64,000 bases of DNA, taken from contig DGFE01000100.1 in NCBI GenBank assembly GCA_002391525.1, positions 8,604 to 72,603 on the forward strand, given 5' to 3'. The notes under the pieces were generated by a model. The model saw only the letters and a program-made list of their open reading frames with translations. It had not been told where the DNA came from and ran no database searches. The first letter of the stretch is position 1; each line of letters starts with the position of its first letter. Below are positions 18,220 through 26,749 of this stretch, piece by piece. A program made the translations under genes and the position numbers. This stretch comes from Competibacteraceae bacterium UBA3908. GTDB lineage: Bacteria > Pseudomonadota > Gammaproteobacteria > Competibacterales > Competibacteraceae.

Positions 18220-19098
18220 TCAGGGTTGCGGAGCGACATCCACCGACACGTCCAGCGAGTGCGAGCCACCGCCGGTCATCACCCCCGTCAACGGCGCGAC
18301 ATCGCCATAGTCCCGGCCCCAGGCCAGCGTGACGTGCCGTTCCTGGGGCATGCAATCGTTGGTCGGGTCGAACTCCGCCCAACCGGCGCCCGGTACGTAT
18401 ACCGCCAGCCAGGCGTGCGAGGCATCGGCTCCGATCAGGCGAGGCCGGCCCGGTGGTGGCAGGGTTTCCAGATAACCGCTGACGTAACGCGCCGCCAGTC
18501 CCAGGCCCCGCAGGCAGGCGATGGCCAGATGCGCGAAATCCTGGCAGACGCCGCGCCGCTGGCTCAGGACCTCGTTGAGGGGGGTGGCGACCGTGGTGAA
18601 GTGCGGGTCGTAGGTGAATTCCCGGAAAATCCGCCGGTTCAGATCCGCGACCGCCTCCAGCAACGGTCGGCCCGGCGAAAAGCTGGGTTGGGCGTATTCC
18701 CGAAAACTCGGATCGAGGGTCACGAAGCGGGAGTCCAACTCGAACAGGCGGGCTTCGATGATTTCCGGGTCCGGGTCTTCCCGCAGCGTCCGGCGCACCT
18801 GCTGCCAGGGTGGGGAAGAACTGGTTTCGTTGAACGGCCGGGTATCCAGTACCTCGACGTCGGTGACGATCTTGACTTCCAGGCGTTGATGAATGTCCTG
18901 GATGGCGAAGTACAGCACCCGGTTACCGAAAAAATCCTCCCGCTCGGCGGACAGCGCGGGCCGCGGCTTGATGGCGACGCGGCTGGGCTGGCACCGTTGC
19001 CAGAGCGTTTGTCGCGGCAACAGCCGCGCCTCGTTGTGACACAAGGCGACCCCGCTGCTGTAGTGATACAGGGTGCGGTGGGTGATGGTGTACTTCAC
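18220..19098 (-). CDS. transglutaminase-family protein (Bact_transglu_N + TGase core)
   Basis: YTITHRTLYHYS at the N-terminus. The catalytic region is GVCQDFAHLAIACLR (Cys), ASHAWLAVY (His) and EFDPTND (Asp). GTG 19098 overlaps the upstream stop (GTGA). Confidence 0.85.
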   Translation of the reverse strand: MKYTITHRTLYHYSSGVALCHNEARLLPRQTLWQRCQPSRVAIKPRPALSAEREDFFGNRVLYFAIQDIHQRLEVKIVTDVEVLDTRPFNETSSSPPWQQVRRTLREDPDPEIIEARLFELDSRFVTLDPSFREYAQPSFSPGRPLLEAVADLNRRIFREFTYDPHFTTVATPLNEVLSQRRGVCQDFAHLAIACLRGLGLAARYVSGYLETLPPPGRPRLIGADASHAWLAVYVPGAGWAEFDPTNDCMPQERHVTLAWGRDYGDVAPLTGVMTGGGSHSLDVSVDVAPQP

Positions 19099-21644
19099 GG
19101 CTGCATGATGATCAGTTGGCGGGGTACTTCGGCGTGGCTGAAGTGGCTGTGGGTCAAGGCGTCCGACAGTCCCCGCAGCGGCTTGTGGATGGCCTCCAGC
19201 AACCGGGTCAGTTCGGCGCTGGAACTGGTGCTGTCGTGAGTCAGCGTGGACAGCGCCTCGATGTCGGCCAGTTGCAGGGTGGTGAAGGCTTCCAGAATCA
19301 ACCGCTCCTCGGCGTTGCGGTAGGGAGAACTGTCGGGGCGGTGCAGCCGGCCGATGTTCCGTTGCAGCCGCCGCAGCTGATAACCGACGGCGCGGGGATT
19401 GTCGGTGTCGAACAACAGCAGGTCGATGATCGCGGTCGGGTGCAGCGCCGAACGGTAGCGACGCCGGTAGGCGGTCAGGTTGTCGGTAATGGTGAGCACC
19501 ACTTCCCACAGCGGCAGCCCTGGGTTTCGCGCGGTGATGAAGGCCAGATTGAACAGTTCCAGGGTGCGCAGCACCCGCTCCAGGTAACGACCGATGTCGA
19601 AAAACAGCCAACCCTGATGGTGTGGCATGGTTTCGTTGTTCAGGCCGCAGAACGCCGCCATCAGCATCAGCTCCTCCTCCAGCAGCTCCCGCGCCTGCCG
19701 GGCGCCTAGCCCCGAGGGCGGTTCCTGGATGCTGTGCTGCAAGCGGTTCAGCAACCGCCAACTGTCGTCTCCCAGATGGTTGCGCACGGCGCGTCCGGTC
19801 CGCAACATGCCAGCGAACAGCGCTTGCATGCTGCCGGGATGCTCCGAATCCAGGATGAGATTCAGCAATTGCTGGCGCAGGGTGAAGAAGCGGGCGCGCG
19901 GCGATTCCGCCACGGGGGGCACCGGGATTTCCAGGGCATCGAGCAGATCGTCCAGACAGCGTTCGTCGGTGTTGTCCTGTTCCCACTCCAGCAGTCGCCC
20001 GAACGCTTCCCGCAACAGCCGGGCGGTGCTGTCGAGCCGCTCGCCGTAGCGGCCCAGCCAGAACAGATTGTCGGCCACCCGGCTGGGCAGATCGCTGCCG
20101 TCGCGGGTGACCACGATGGGACCGTAAGCCTGGCGCAGCAGGCTGACGTGACGTTGCGGCGTGGGCGCCAGCACCCACCAGTCCTTGCTGATGCCGCCTT
20201 TTTGCAGCGCGGCCTGCAGGGTGTCCAGCCCCGACGAAACCCGGGCCAGGCCGCCCGGCATCACCCGGTAGCCATCGTCCTCCGCCACGACGAAGCCGCG
20301 CAGCATCACTGGCCGCGGCACCAGCCGGCCTTCCTCCAGCACCGGGGCAGTGGACAGCGGCAGCGATTCCTGGCCGACGAACAGATGGGGGGCGGCCTGA
20401 ATTCGCTCGATCAGTTGCGCGCGGGTCGCCCTGTCCAGGCGGGCGCCTTCCCAGCAGGGCCCGTTCGGCAGGATCGAGCGCACGACCAGCCGATCCAGAT
20501 GGTTCAGGACATGACTCTGTTGGCTGGAATCGCCGCACCACCAGGTCGGCAGCGAGGGTAGTTTGAGAGCTTCGCCCAACAATTGCCGGCACAGCAGCGG
20601 CAGGAAAACGACGAGCCCCGGATTTTCCACGATGCCGCTGCCCAGCGCGTTGGCAAGGGCGACGTGACCGCCGCGCACCGCCTGCAGGAGGCCGGGCACG
20701 CCGAGCAGGGAATCGCCGCGCAGTTCCAGCGGATCGCAGAAGTCGTCGGCCACCCGTCGCAGGATCACGTCCACCGGCCGCAGCCCGCCAAGGGTTTTCA
20801 GCCAGACCCGGCCGTCGCGCACCACCAGGTCCTCGCCCTCGACCAGGCTGAGCGACAGATAATTGGCCAGATAGGCGTGCTCAAAATAGACCGGGCTGTT
20901 GGGGCCGGGAGTCAACAGCACGACATGCGGGCTTTCGGGGTTGTGGCGCGCCAGACCGGCCAGGGTGGCGCGTTCGGTCTCCAGAAAACTGGCCAGGCGG
21001 CGCAACGGGGCGTCGCGATAGATCATCGGCAGGGCGCGCGCCAGCAGGATACGATTTTCCAGGGTGTAGCCGGCGCCGGACGGCGACTGGGTGCGGTCGC
21101 CATGAACCCGGAACGCGCCGTCCGGTCCGCGCGCCAGATCGACCCCGTGAAAAATCAGCCAGCGGCGGCCTTCGGGCAGGGAGCCATGGCAGGGGGGCAG
21201 AAAACCGGGATGGGCGAAAACCAGCTCCGGCGGCAGCCAGCCTTGGCGGATGGTCAGCCGTGGGCCGTAAAGATCCGCCAGCAGGGCGTTCAGCAGTCGC
21301 GAGCGCTGTTCCAGTCCCGCCGCCAGCGTGCTCCATTCGTCGCCGGTCATCAACAGCGGGATGTTGTCCACCAGCCAGAGCCGGGGCGAGCCATGAGGGT
21401 CGTCGTAAGTGTTGTAAGTGACGCCGTCGGCTTGCAGCAGTCGCTGCACCTCGTTATGACGGCGCTCCAGCTCCTCGCCGCCGATTTCCTCCAGGGTTTT
21501 CGCCAGATCGCGCCAGTGCGGGCGCAGCACGCCGGGCGCCGAACACATTTCGTCGTAGCCCGAATCGGGGACCGGATAGTCGGCCAACAGCGTATCGCCC
21601 GGCGGGCTTGAGTAATCTTGATAGGCAACGGACGCTTCAATCAT
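19095..21644 (-). CDS. fused circularly permuted type-2 ATP-grasp + alpha-E domain protein
   Basis: The N-terminal half is YDEMCSAPGVLRPHW...NTYDDPHGSPRLW..D.IPLL. The C-terminal half has alpha-E-like helices (NLFWLGRYGERLD..., FFDIGRYLERVL). GGAG lies 6 nt before ATG 21644. Confidence 0.8.
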   Translation of the reverse strand: MIEASVAYQDYSSPPGDTLLADYPVPDSGYDEMCSAPGVLRPHWRDLAKTLEEIGGEELERRHNEVQRLLQADGVTYNTYDDPHGSPRLWLVDNIPLLMTGDEWSTLAAGLEQRSRLLNALLADLYGPRLTIRQGWLPPELVFAHPGFLPPCHGSLPEGRRWLIFHGVDLARGPDGAFRVHGDRTQSPSGAGYTLENRILLARALPMIYRDAPLRRLASFLETERATLAGLARHNPESPHVVLLTPGPNSPVYFEHAYLANYLSLSLVEGEDLVVRDGRVWLKTLGGLRPVDVILRRVADDFCDPLELRGDSLLGVPGLLQAVRGGHVALANALGSGIVENPGLVVFLPLLCRQLLGEALKLPSLPTWWCGDSSQQSHVLNHLDRLVVRSILPNGPCWEGARLDRATRAQLIERIQAAPHLFVGQESLPLSTAPVLEEGRLVPRPVMLRGFVVAEDDGYRVMPGGLARVSSGLDTLQAALQKGGISKDWWVLAPTPQRHVSLLRQAYGPIVVTRDGSDLPSRVADNLFWLGRYGERLDSTARLLREAFGRLLEWEQDNTDERCLDDLLDALEIPVPPVAESPRARFFTLRQQLLNLILDSEHPGSMQALFAGMLRTGRAVRNHLGDDSWRLLNRLQHSIQEPPSGLGARQARELLEEELMLMAAFCGLNNETMPHHQGWLFFDIGRYLERVLRTLELFNLAFITARNPGLPLWEVVLTITDNLTAYRRRYRSALHPTAIIDLLLFDTDNPRAVGYQLRRLQRNIGRLHRPDSSPYRNAEERLILEAFTTLQLADIEALSTLTHDSTSSSAELTRLLEAIHKPLRGLSDALTHSHFSHAEVPRQLIIMQP

Positions 21645-21765
21645 GAAGAACTCCATGGACGGGACCACCGCGATGCGGATTGCCGGACAGCGCGATCATG
21701 GGTGAAGCATCGCTCACAGATTCCTGACGGATGACGGGTCGCGAGGATTCGGCGATAGTACGGAA

Positions 21766-21779
21766 GCAAACGGTATGCC
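21766..21779 (-). promoter_or_regulatory. candidate sigma54 promoter upstream of the ATP-grasp/transglutaminase operon
   Basis: The minus strand reads GGCATACCGTTTGC (GG-N10-GC spacing, TTGC at -12). It lies about 120 nt upstream of ATG 21644. The -24 element is GGCAT rather than GGCAC. Confidence 0.35.
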
Positions 21780-21839
21780 TTTGCCGCGGGAGAGTGGTTT
21801 TATTGGAACCCGGGAGTCGGATGGCGACCGCATGTGATT

Positions 21840-22202
21840 TTAGTCGCGGAGCTTGCCGGTGGTGCGGCGCAGCCGGTCGGCCATCACGCGCATGACCTGC
21901 AGGGCAAAGCGCGGCGTGTGCTGGATCAGCGCGAGAAAATGCTCCTGGTTGACGGGAGCGAGCAGGCAGTCGGTGCGGGCGATGGCCGTGGCGCTGCGCG
22001 GCTTGTCGTCGATCAGGGCGATTTCGCCCACGATGCCGCCGGGATGCACCGTTTCGAGGAGCCGGTCGCCGACCCTGATGTCCACCTGGCCCTCGGCCAC
22101 GATGTACAGGTTGTTACCCGGCTCGCCCTCGCGGAAAATGGTCTGGCCGGAGGCGAAGGATTGGTATTCCTGAATTCTGTTGAAAAGATTCTGGTCTTGC
22201 AT
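21840..22202 (-). CDS. stand-alone cyclic-nucleotide-binding (cNMP) domain protein
   Basis: IFREGEPGNNLYIVAEGQV..., GEIALIDDKPRSATAIA, a CAP-effector-domain signature. Confidence 0.8.
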   Translation of the reverse strand: MQDQNLFNRIQEYQSFASGQTIFREGEPGNNLYIVAEGQVDIRVGDRLLETVHPGGIVGEIALIDDKPRSATAIARTDCLLAPVNQEHFLALIQHTPRFALQVMRVMADRLRRTTGKLRD

Positions 22203-22391
22203 GGGGCGATTCCTCGTCGTGCCAGTGGATCGACAGGGACGATGCCCGCGCCTTGGCGCGCCGGCTTGCTGGTGCGATACTTTTGTGGCAGTTTAGCCGA
22301 CTTTCCGGGGCCTTGATAGCGTGCCCGCCGGACGCTTCCCACCCTCGTCCCGGGATGCCAGCGTCGTTTTTTGCGTCACGTCGACCCCGTC

Positions 22392-23486
22392 ATGCGCCCC
22401 GAAACCGCCGAAACCCACCAACCCCTGCGTTACGGTTACACCACCGGCGCCTGCGCGACCGCCGCCAGCGTGGCGGCGGCCTGTCGGCTGTTGGCCGGGA
22501 CCGGGCTGGATCAGGTGGAAATTCTGTTGCCGCGCGGCCAGCGGACGCAGTTCCGGCTGGCCTATTGCCGGCTGACGGAGACGGGCGCCGAGGCGGCGAC
22601 GGTCAAGGATGCCGGCGACGACCCCGATGTCACGCATGGGGCATTGATTTTCGCCCAAGTGGCTTTGAGCGAACCGTTGGGAGTGCGGTTCCATGCCGGG
22701 CCGGGCGTGGGAACCGTGACGCGGCCCGGCTTGCCGATTCCGCCGGGCGAACCGGCCATCAATCCGACCCCACGCCGGATGATCACCGAACACCTGACCC
22801 GACTGGCGACGGAATATGACCATCGCGGTGGGTTCGAGGTGACCATCGGGGTCGAGAACGGCGCGGAACTGGCGCTGAAAACCCTCAATCCTCGCTTGGG
22901 CGTTGTCGGCGGGTTGTCCATTCTCGGCACCACCGGCATCGTCCGACCGTTTTCCTGCTCGGCTTACATCGCCTCCATCCAGCAGGCCATCGACGTGGCC
23001 CGCGCCAATGGCTTGACGCACATCGTCGCCTGCACCGGCGCCACCAGCGAACAGACCCTGCGCGCCCATTACTCGCTATCGGACATGGCGTTGATCGAGA
23101 TGGGCGATTTTGCCGGGGCGGTGCTCAAGCATCTGCGGCGGGCGCCGGTTCCCCGGCTGAGCCTGGCCGGCGGGTTCGGCAAGATCAGCAAGCTGGCGGC
23201 GGGCCATCTGGACCTGCACAGTCGCAGTTCCAGCATCGATCTGGCGCTGTTGGCGGTGGAAGCGGCGGCGCTGGGCGCAGAGGCGGGGTTGCAGGACGCC
23301 ATGCGAGTCGCCAACACCAGCCAGCGGGCGCTGGCGCTGGCCCACGCGGCGGGCTTGCCGCTCGGTGATCGAATCTGCGCCATGGCTCGCGACCAGGCCC
23401 GCGCCATCCTGCCCCCCGCCGTGGCGGTGGAGGTTTGGGCCACCGACCGCGAAGGCCGACCGGTCGGTCATGCCGGTTTCGTCTGA
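22392..23486 (+). CDS. cbiD: cobalt-precorrin-5B (C1)-methyltransferase CbiD
   Basis: [38 protein letters not shown] and [14 protein letters not shown]. Confidence 0.88.
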   Translation: MRPETAETHQPLRYGYTTGACATAASVAAACRLLAGTGLDQVEILLPRGQRTQFRLAYCRLTETGAEAATVKDAGDDPDVTHGALIFAQVALSEPLGVRFHAGPGVGTVTRPGLPIPPGEPAINPTPRRMITEHLTRLATEYDHRGGFEVTIGVENGAELALKTLNPRLGVVGGLSILGTTGIVRPFSCSAYIASIQQAIDVARANGLTHIVACTGATSEQTLRAHYSLSDMALIEMGDFAGAVLKHLRRAPVPRLSLAGGFGKISKLAAGHLDLHSRSSSIDLALLAVEAAALGAEAGLQDAMRVANTSQRALALAHAAGLPLGDRICAMARDQARAILPPAVAVEVWATDREGRPVGHAGFV

Positions 23487-23487
23487 A

Positions 23488-24255
23488 ATGCGCATCCTGA
23501 TTCTGGGCGGTATCGGCGAAGCGGCGAAGCTGGCGCGGGCGCTGGCGCCGGTTCATGCCGTGACCTACAGCGTCGCCGGTCGGGGACGCGCGCCGGACGT
23601 GCCCTGTCCAGCGCGTAGCGGCGGTTTCGGCGGCGGCGAAGGCCTGGCGGCATTCCTGCGTGATCATGGCATTGAATTGCTGATCGATGCCACCCATCCC
23701 TACGCCGCACGCATCAGCCGGAACGCGGTGGCGGCGTCTCGCTCGGCGGGAATTCCGCTCTGGGCCTACCGGCGACCGGTATGGCGACCGGAGCCCGGCG
23801 ATGACTGGCGGCGAGTAGCCGACTGGGCGGGGATCGTCGCGGCGCTGCGGCAATTCAAACGGCCGTTTTTCACCATCGGTCTGGAACCGTTGCGCCATGT
23901 CGCCGACATCCTGCCGAGGCAGCACTGGCTGGTGCGCTGTCTGGTGGCGGAGCCCCCGACCACGCCGCGCCTGACCCTGCTGCGCGCCATGGGTCCCTTT
24001 TCGCTGGAGCACGAAACGGCCTTGCTGCGCGATTATCGAATCGACGTGCTGGTGGCCAAGAACAGTGGCGGCGGCGCGGTCGAAGCCAAATTGACGGCGG
24101 CGCGGCAACCGCGAATTCCGGTGGTGATGTTGGATCGCCCGGCGTTGCCCGAGGCGGATCGGGAATTTGCCGACGTAGAGCGGTTGGCCGCCGAGCTTTC
24201 GGAATCGGGCCAGGCGTCGATTGCTGCCCAGCTGTTGGAGAACGGATTGGTATGA
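23488..24255 (+). CDS. cobK: (cobalt-)precorrin-6A reductase CobK/CbiJ
   Basis: MRILILGGIGEA, LIDATHPYAARIS and VLVAKNSGG. ATG 23488 lies 1 nt after the cbiD stop. Confidence 0.82.
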   Translation: MRILILGGIGEAAKLARALAPVHAVTYSVAGRGRAPDVPCPARSGGFGGGEGLAAFLRDHGIELLIDATHPYAARISRNAVAASRSAGIPLWAYRRPVWRPEPGDDWRRVADWAGIVAALRQFKRPFFTIGLEPLRHVADILPRQHWLVRCLVAEPPTTPRLTLLRAMGPFSLEHETALLRDYRIDVLVAKNSGGGAVEAKLTAARQPRIPVVMLDRPALPEADREFADVERLAAELSESGQASIAAQLLENGLV

Positions 24256-24351
24256 CAAAACGCGCCGATTTCTTGTCTGAGTGACGATACTTTGTGTAAA
24301 AAGGCGGTACGAATACCGGTATCCCGAAAATCACGATGAGGAGGACCGAGG

Positions 24352-25041
24352 ATGGACGTTCGCGCATTGTTTGATCAGCTTTTGCAATCGGGTCGCGAGT
24401 TGGCGAGCAAGGGCCAAAGTCTGGCCGAGCAGAAGCTCAATATCCCCAGCGAGGGACCGCAACGCGAAGCAGCCTTGTCGGGCATGGGCAAGGGTGCGGC
24501 CATCGCGGGCGTGGCGGCGCTGCTGCTCGGCACGAAAGCCGGACGGGGTCTGACCGGCGTGGCGTTGAAACTGGGCAGCGTGGCGGCGGTGGGCGGGCTT
24601 GCCTACAAGGCTTTCCAGGACTGGCAGGCCAGGCAGGGAGGAGCGCCGGTCACCGATCCGGGTCCGGCGGCCAATACCCTGAGCGGGCCGCAACTGGATC
24701 GACGCAGCCTGGTTCTGCTGAAAGCCATGCTCGCCGCCGCCAAGGCGGACGGGCATATCGACGAGAAAGAGCAGGGCGCTATCGATGCTTACCTGCAAAA
24801 ACTCAATCTCGATCCCGAAGCGTTACATTTCGTCAAGGATGAAATAGGCAAGCCGGTGAGCGCCAGGGAGGTTGCCGCGGGCGCGGATTCGCCGGCGGCG
24901 GCGGCGGAAATCTATCTGACCTCCTTGCTGGCGATCAACATCGACAACGATCAGGAACGGGCGTATCTGGACGAACTGGCCCGGGAACTGAAGTTGTCGC
25001 CGGAGCTGGTGTCGGAACTTCTGAAGCAGGCCAGGGCGTAG
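24352..25041 (+). CDS. DUF533/TerB-like (YebE family) protein
   Basis: A Gly/Ala-rich TM-like segment is followed by a TerB-like C-terminal domain (MLAAAKADGHIDEKEQGAI, EIYLTSLLAINIDNDQERAYLDELA). Confidence 0.7.
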   Translation: MDVRALFDQLLQSGRELASKGQSLAEQKLNIPSEGPQREAALSGMGKGAAIAGVAALLLGTKAGRGLTGVALKLGSVAAVGGLAYKAFQDWQARQGGAPVTDPGPAANTLSGPQLDRRSLVLLKAMLAAAKADGHIDEKEQGAIDAYLQKLNLDPEALHFVKDEIGKPVSAREVAAGADSPAAAAEIYLTSLLAINIDNDQERAYLDELARELKLSPELVSELLKQARA

Positions 25042-25085
25042 AGCCAGGAGCGGTAAGTCCGATAGCTTGCGAACTTGCCGTCCGG

Positions 25086-25850
25086 CTAACCTGCCTCTGA
25101 ATTCCGCCGATACCATTCGGCATGTTCGGCGCTGTAAAGGTAGGACGGCGGGAATCCCTCCGGCTGGATCACCCGCCCGACCAGGATCAGCGCGGTGCGG
25201 GTGAAACCCTTGACTTCGACCTTGGCGGCGATGTCGGCCAGCGTGCCGACCACGCCGTCCTGATCCGGCCACGACACCCGGTGCAGCACCGCCACCGGGC
25301 AGGCCGCGCCGTAATGCGGAATCAGTTCCGCCACGATCTCCCGCAGTTTGTCCACGCTGAGGTAAATCGCCAGGGTTGCCCGATGCCGGGCCAGTTCCGG
25401 CAGGCTTTCGCCTTCCGGCATCGGCGTCTTGCCGGCGTGGCGGGTCAGGATAATCGTCTGGCTGACGCCCGGCAGGGTCAGTTCCCGGCGCAGCATGGCG
25501 GCCCCGGCGAACGCGGCGGTCACGCCCGGCACGACTTCGTAGGGAATCTCCAGCCGTTCCAGTTCCCGAATCTGCTCGCCGATGGCCCCGTACAGCGCCG
25601 GGTCGCCGGTGTGCACCCGCGCCACGTCCAGCCCGCGTTCGTGCGCGGCGCGGATGCGGGCGATGATCTCCTCCAGGTTCAGATCGGCGGTGTTGACGAT
25701 CTCCGCCGTCGGGTTGGCGGCCAGAATCAATTCCTTCGGTACCAGCGAACCGGCGTACAGCACCAGCGGGCATTCTCGAATCAAGCGCTGGCCCTTGACG
25801 GTGATCAGTTCGGGATCGCCGGGACCGGCGCCGATGAAATAGACCGTCAT
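25086..25850 (-). CDS. cobM: precorrin-4 / cobalt-precorrin-4 C11-methyltransferase (CobM/CbiF)
   Basis: VYFIGAGPGDPELITVKG, VARVHTGDPALYGAI and VVPGVTAFAGAA-like motifs. ATG 25850 overlaps the upstream stop. Confidence 0.9.
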   Translation of the reverse strand: MTVYFIGAGPGDPELITVKGQRLIRECPLVLYAGSLVPKELILAANPTAEIVNTADLNLEEIIARIRAAHERGLDVARVHTGDPALYGAIGEQIRELERLEIPYEVVPGVTAAFAGAAMLRRELTLPGVSQTIILTRHAGKTPMPEGESLPELARHRATLAIYLSVDKLREIVAELIPHYGAACPVAVLHRVSWPDQDGVVGTLADIAAKVEVKGFTRTALILVGRVIQPEGFPPSYLYSAEHAEWYRRNSEAG

Positions 25851-26368
25851 TCGAATTTCCCCTGGTCGAGCTGTTCCAGCAACGCCGGGGTGACGTCGTC
25901 GAAGCGGACGATGCGTTTGCCTTGATGGTCCTTCAGGAACTCCTCGGCCTCGGCCTGGGTCGCCAACGGCACCAGTTCGTGACCCATCGGCCCCAGCACG
26001 TCGGAGCCGATCACGTACCAGGCGGCTCGGGCGTCGATCCGGGTCACGCCGTAGTATTCGGTGACGCCGATGGCGGCGATGTCGGCCCGGGTGTGGCCGG
26101 GCGCGTACTTGGGCAGATTCGACAGGTATTTGAACAGGTCCTTGGCACCGTCGAAGTGGTGGAGGTGGCCGTCCTGGTACAGCGCCGTCGCTACCCAGTC
26201 GGGATAGAGGCTGACGAACATCCCGCACACCGGGCAGGTGTCCTTGGGTCCGGGGACGGGCCACTTCGACTCCTCGCTCCAGGCTGGCGACAGGGCGAAC
26301 GCCAGTAGCAACAGGAACGGCCAGTCGCGACCGATCCGCGTCTTATGTGTCCGTAATGTTTTTAGCAT
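25847..26368 (-). CDS. NosL-family putative copper-binding protein
   Basis: Signal peptide, then CPVCGMFV...HHFDGAKDLFKY and GPMGHELVPL, as in the NosL family. ATG 26368 is preferred over the longer ORF. Confidence 0.65.
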   Translation of the reverse strand: MLKTLRTHKTRIGRDWPFLLLLAFALSPAWSEESKWPVPGPKDTCPVCGMFVSLYPDWVATALYQDGHLHHFDGAKDLFKYLSNLPKYAPGHTRADIAAIGVTEYYGVTRIDARAAWYVIGSDVLGPMGHELVPLATQAEAEEFLKDHQGKRIVRFDDVTPALLEQLDQGKFE

Positions 26369-26749
26369 TTTGTCGTTGCCCAGAAGTGGCGGGCATTTTG
26401 CACTCCATCTTTTCGACAAGTTTATCGCGGGGCCGATGGAGTTGGCGAGGAATATCCACCCAACAATCACAAGTCTATTGCCAGGTTTATCGAGTAAAAG
26501 GAAAAAAGCCGGCGGGAAAAAAGCAATGATGAAACAGGGTGGTTTGAGGCTGTTTCACCTTGAAACATCATCGCCGGATATTGGATTTTGGATAACGTCC
26601 AACCAGTTGCATGACGGAGCAGGGAAATCGGGAAAATCGTTTGGGAATGAATGGTCGTAATCAGAGAGGACTGGCGGATCGTCCTTGCCCATCCAGGATG
26701 GCGGATGGCCGCCAGCCAAGCCAAAGCCGCTCGAGGCTAAGAGATCGTG

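Noticed and set aside
18220-20592. 790-aa extension of the transglutaminase ORF
   Set aside because: Only the last 292 codons show transglutaminase homology. The upstream 500 codons overlap the ATP-grasp/alpha-E gene in another frame and are Pro/Arg/Ala-rich. GTG 19098 with a GTGA overlap is the sensible start.
22203-22391. Possible cobalamin riboswitch upstream of cbiD
   Set aside because: The spacer is about the right length (about 190 nt). However, I could not find the conserved B12-box or the GCCACTG/GGGAA core on the plus strand. The only CCACTGG is on the opposite strand, facing a cNMP-domain gene. A covariance-model scan (Rfam RF00174) would settle this.
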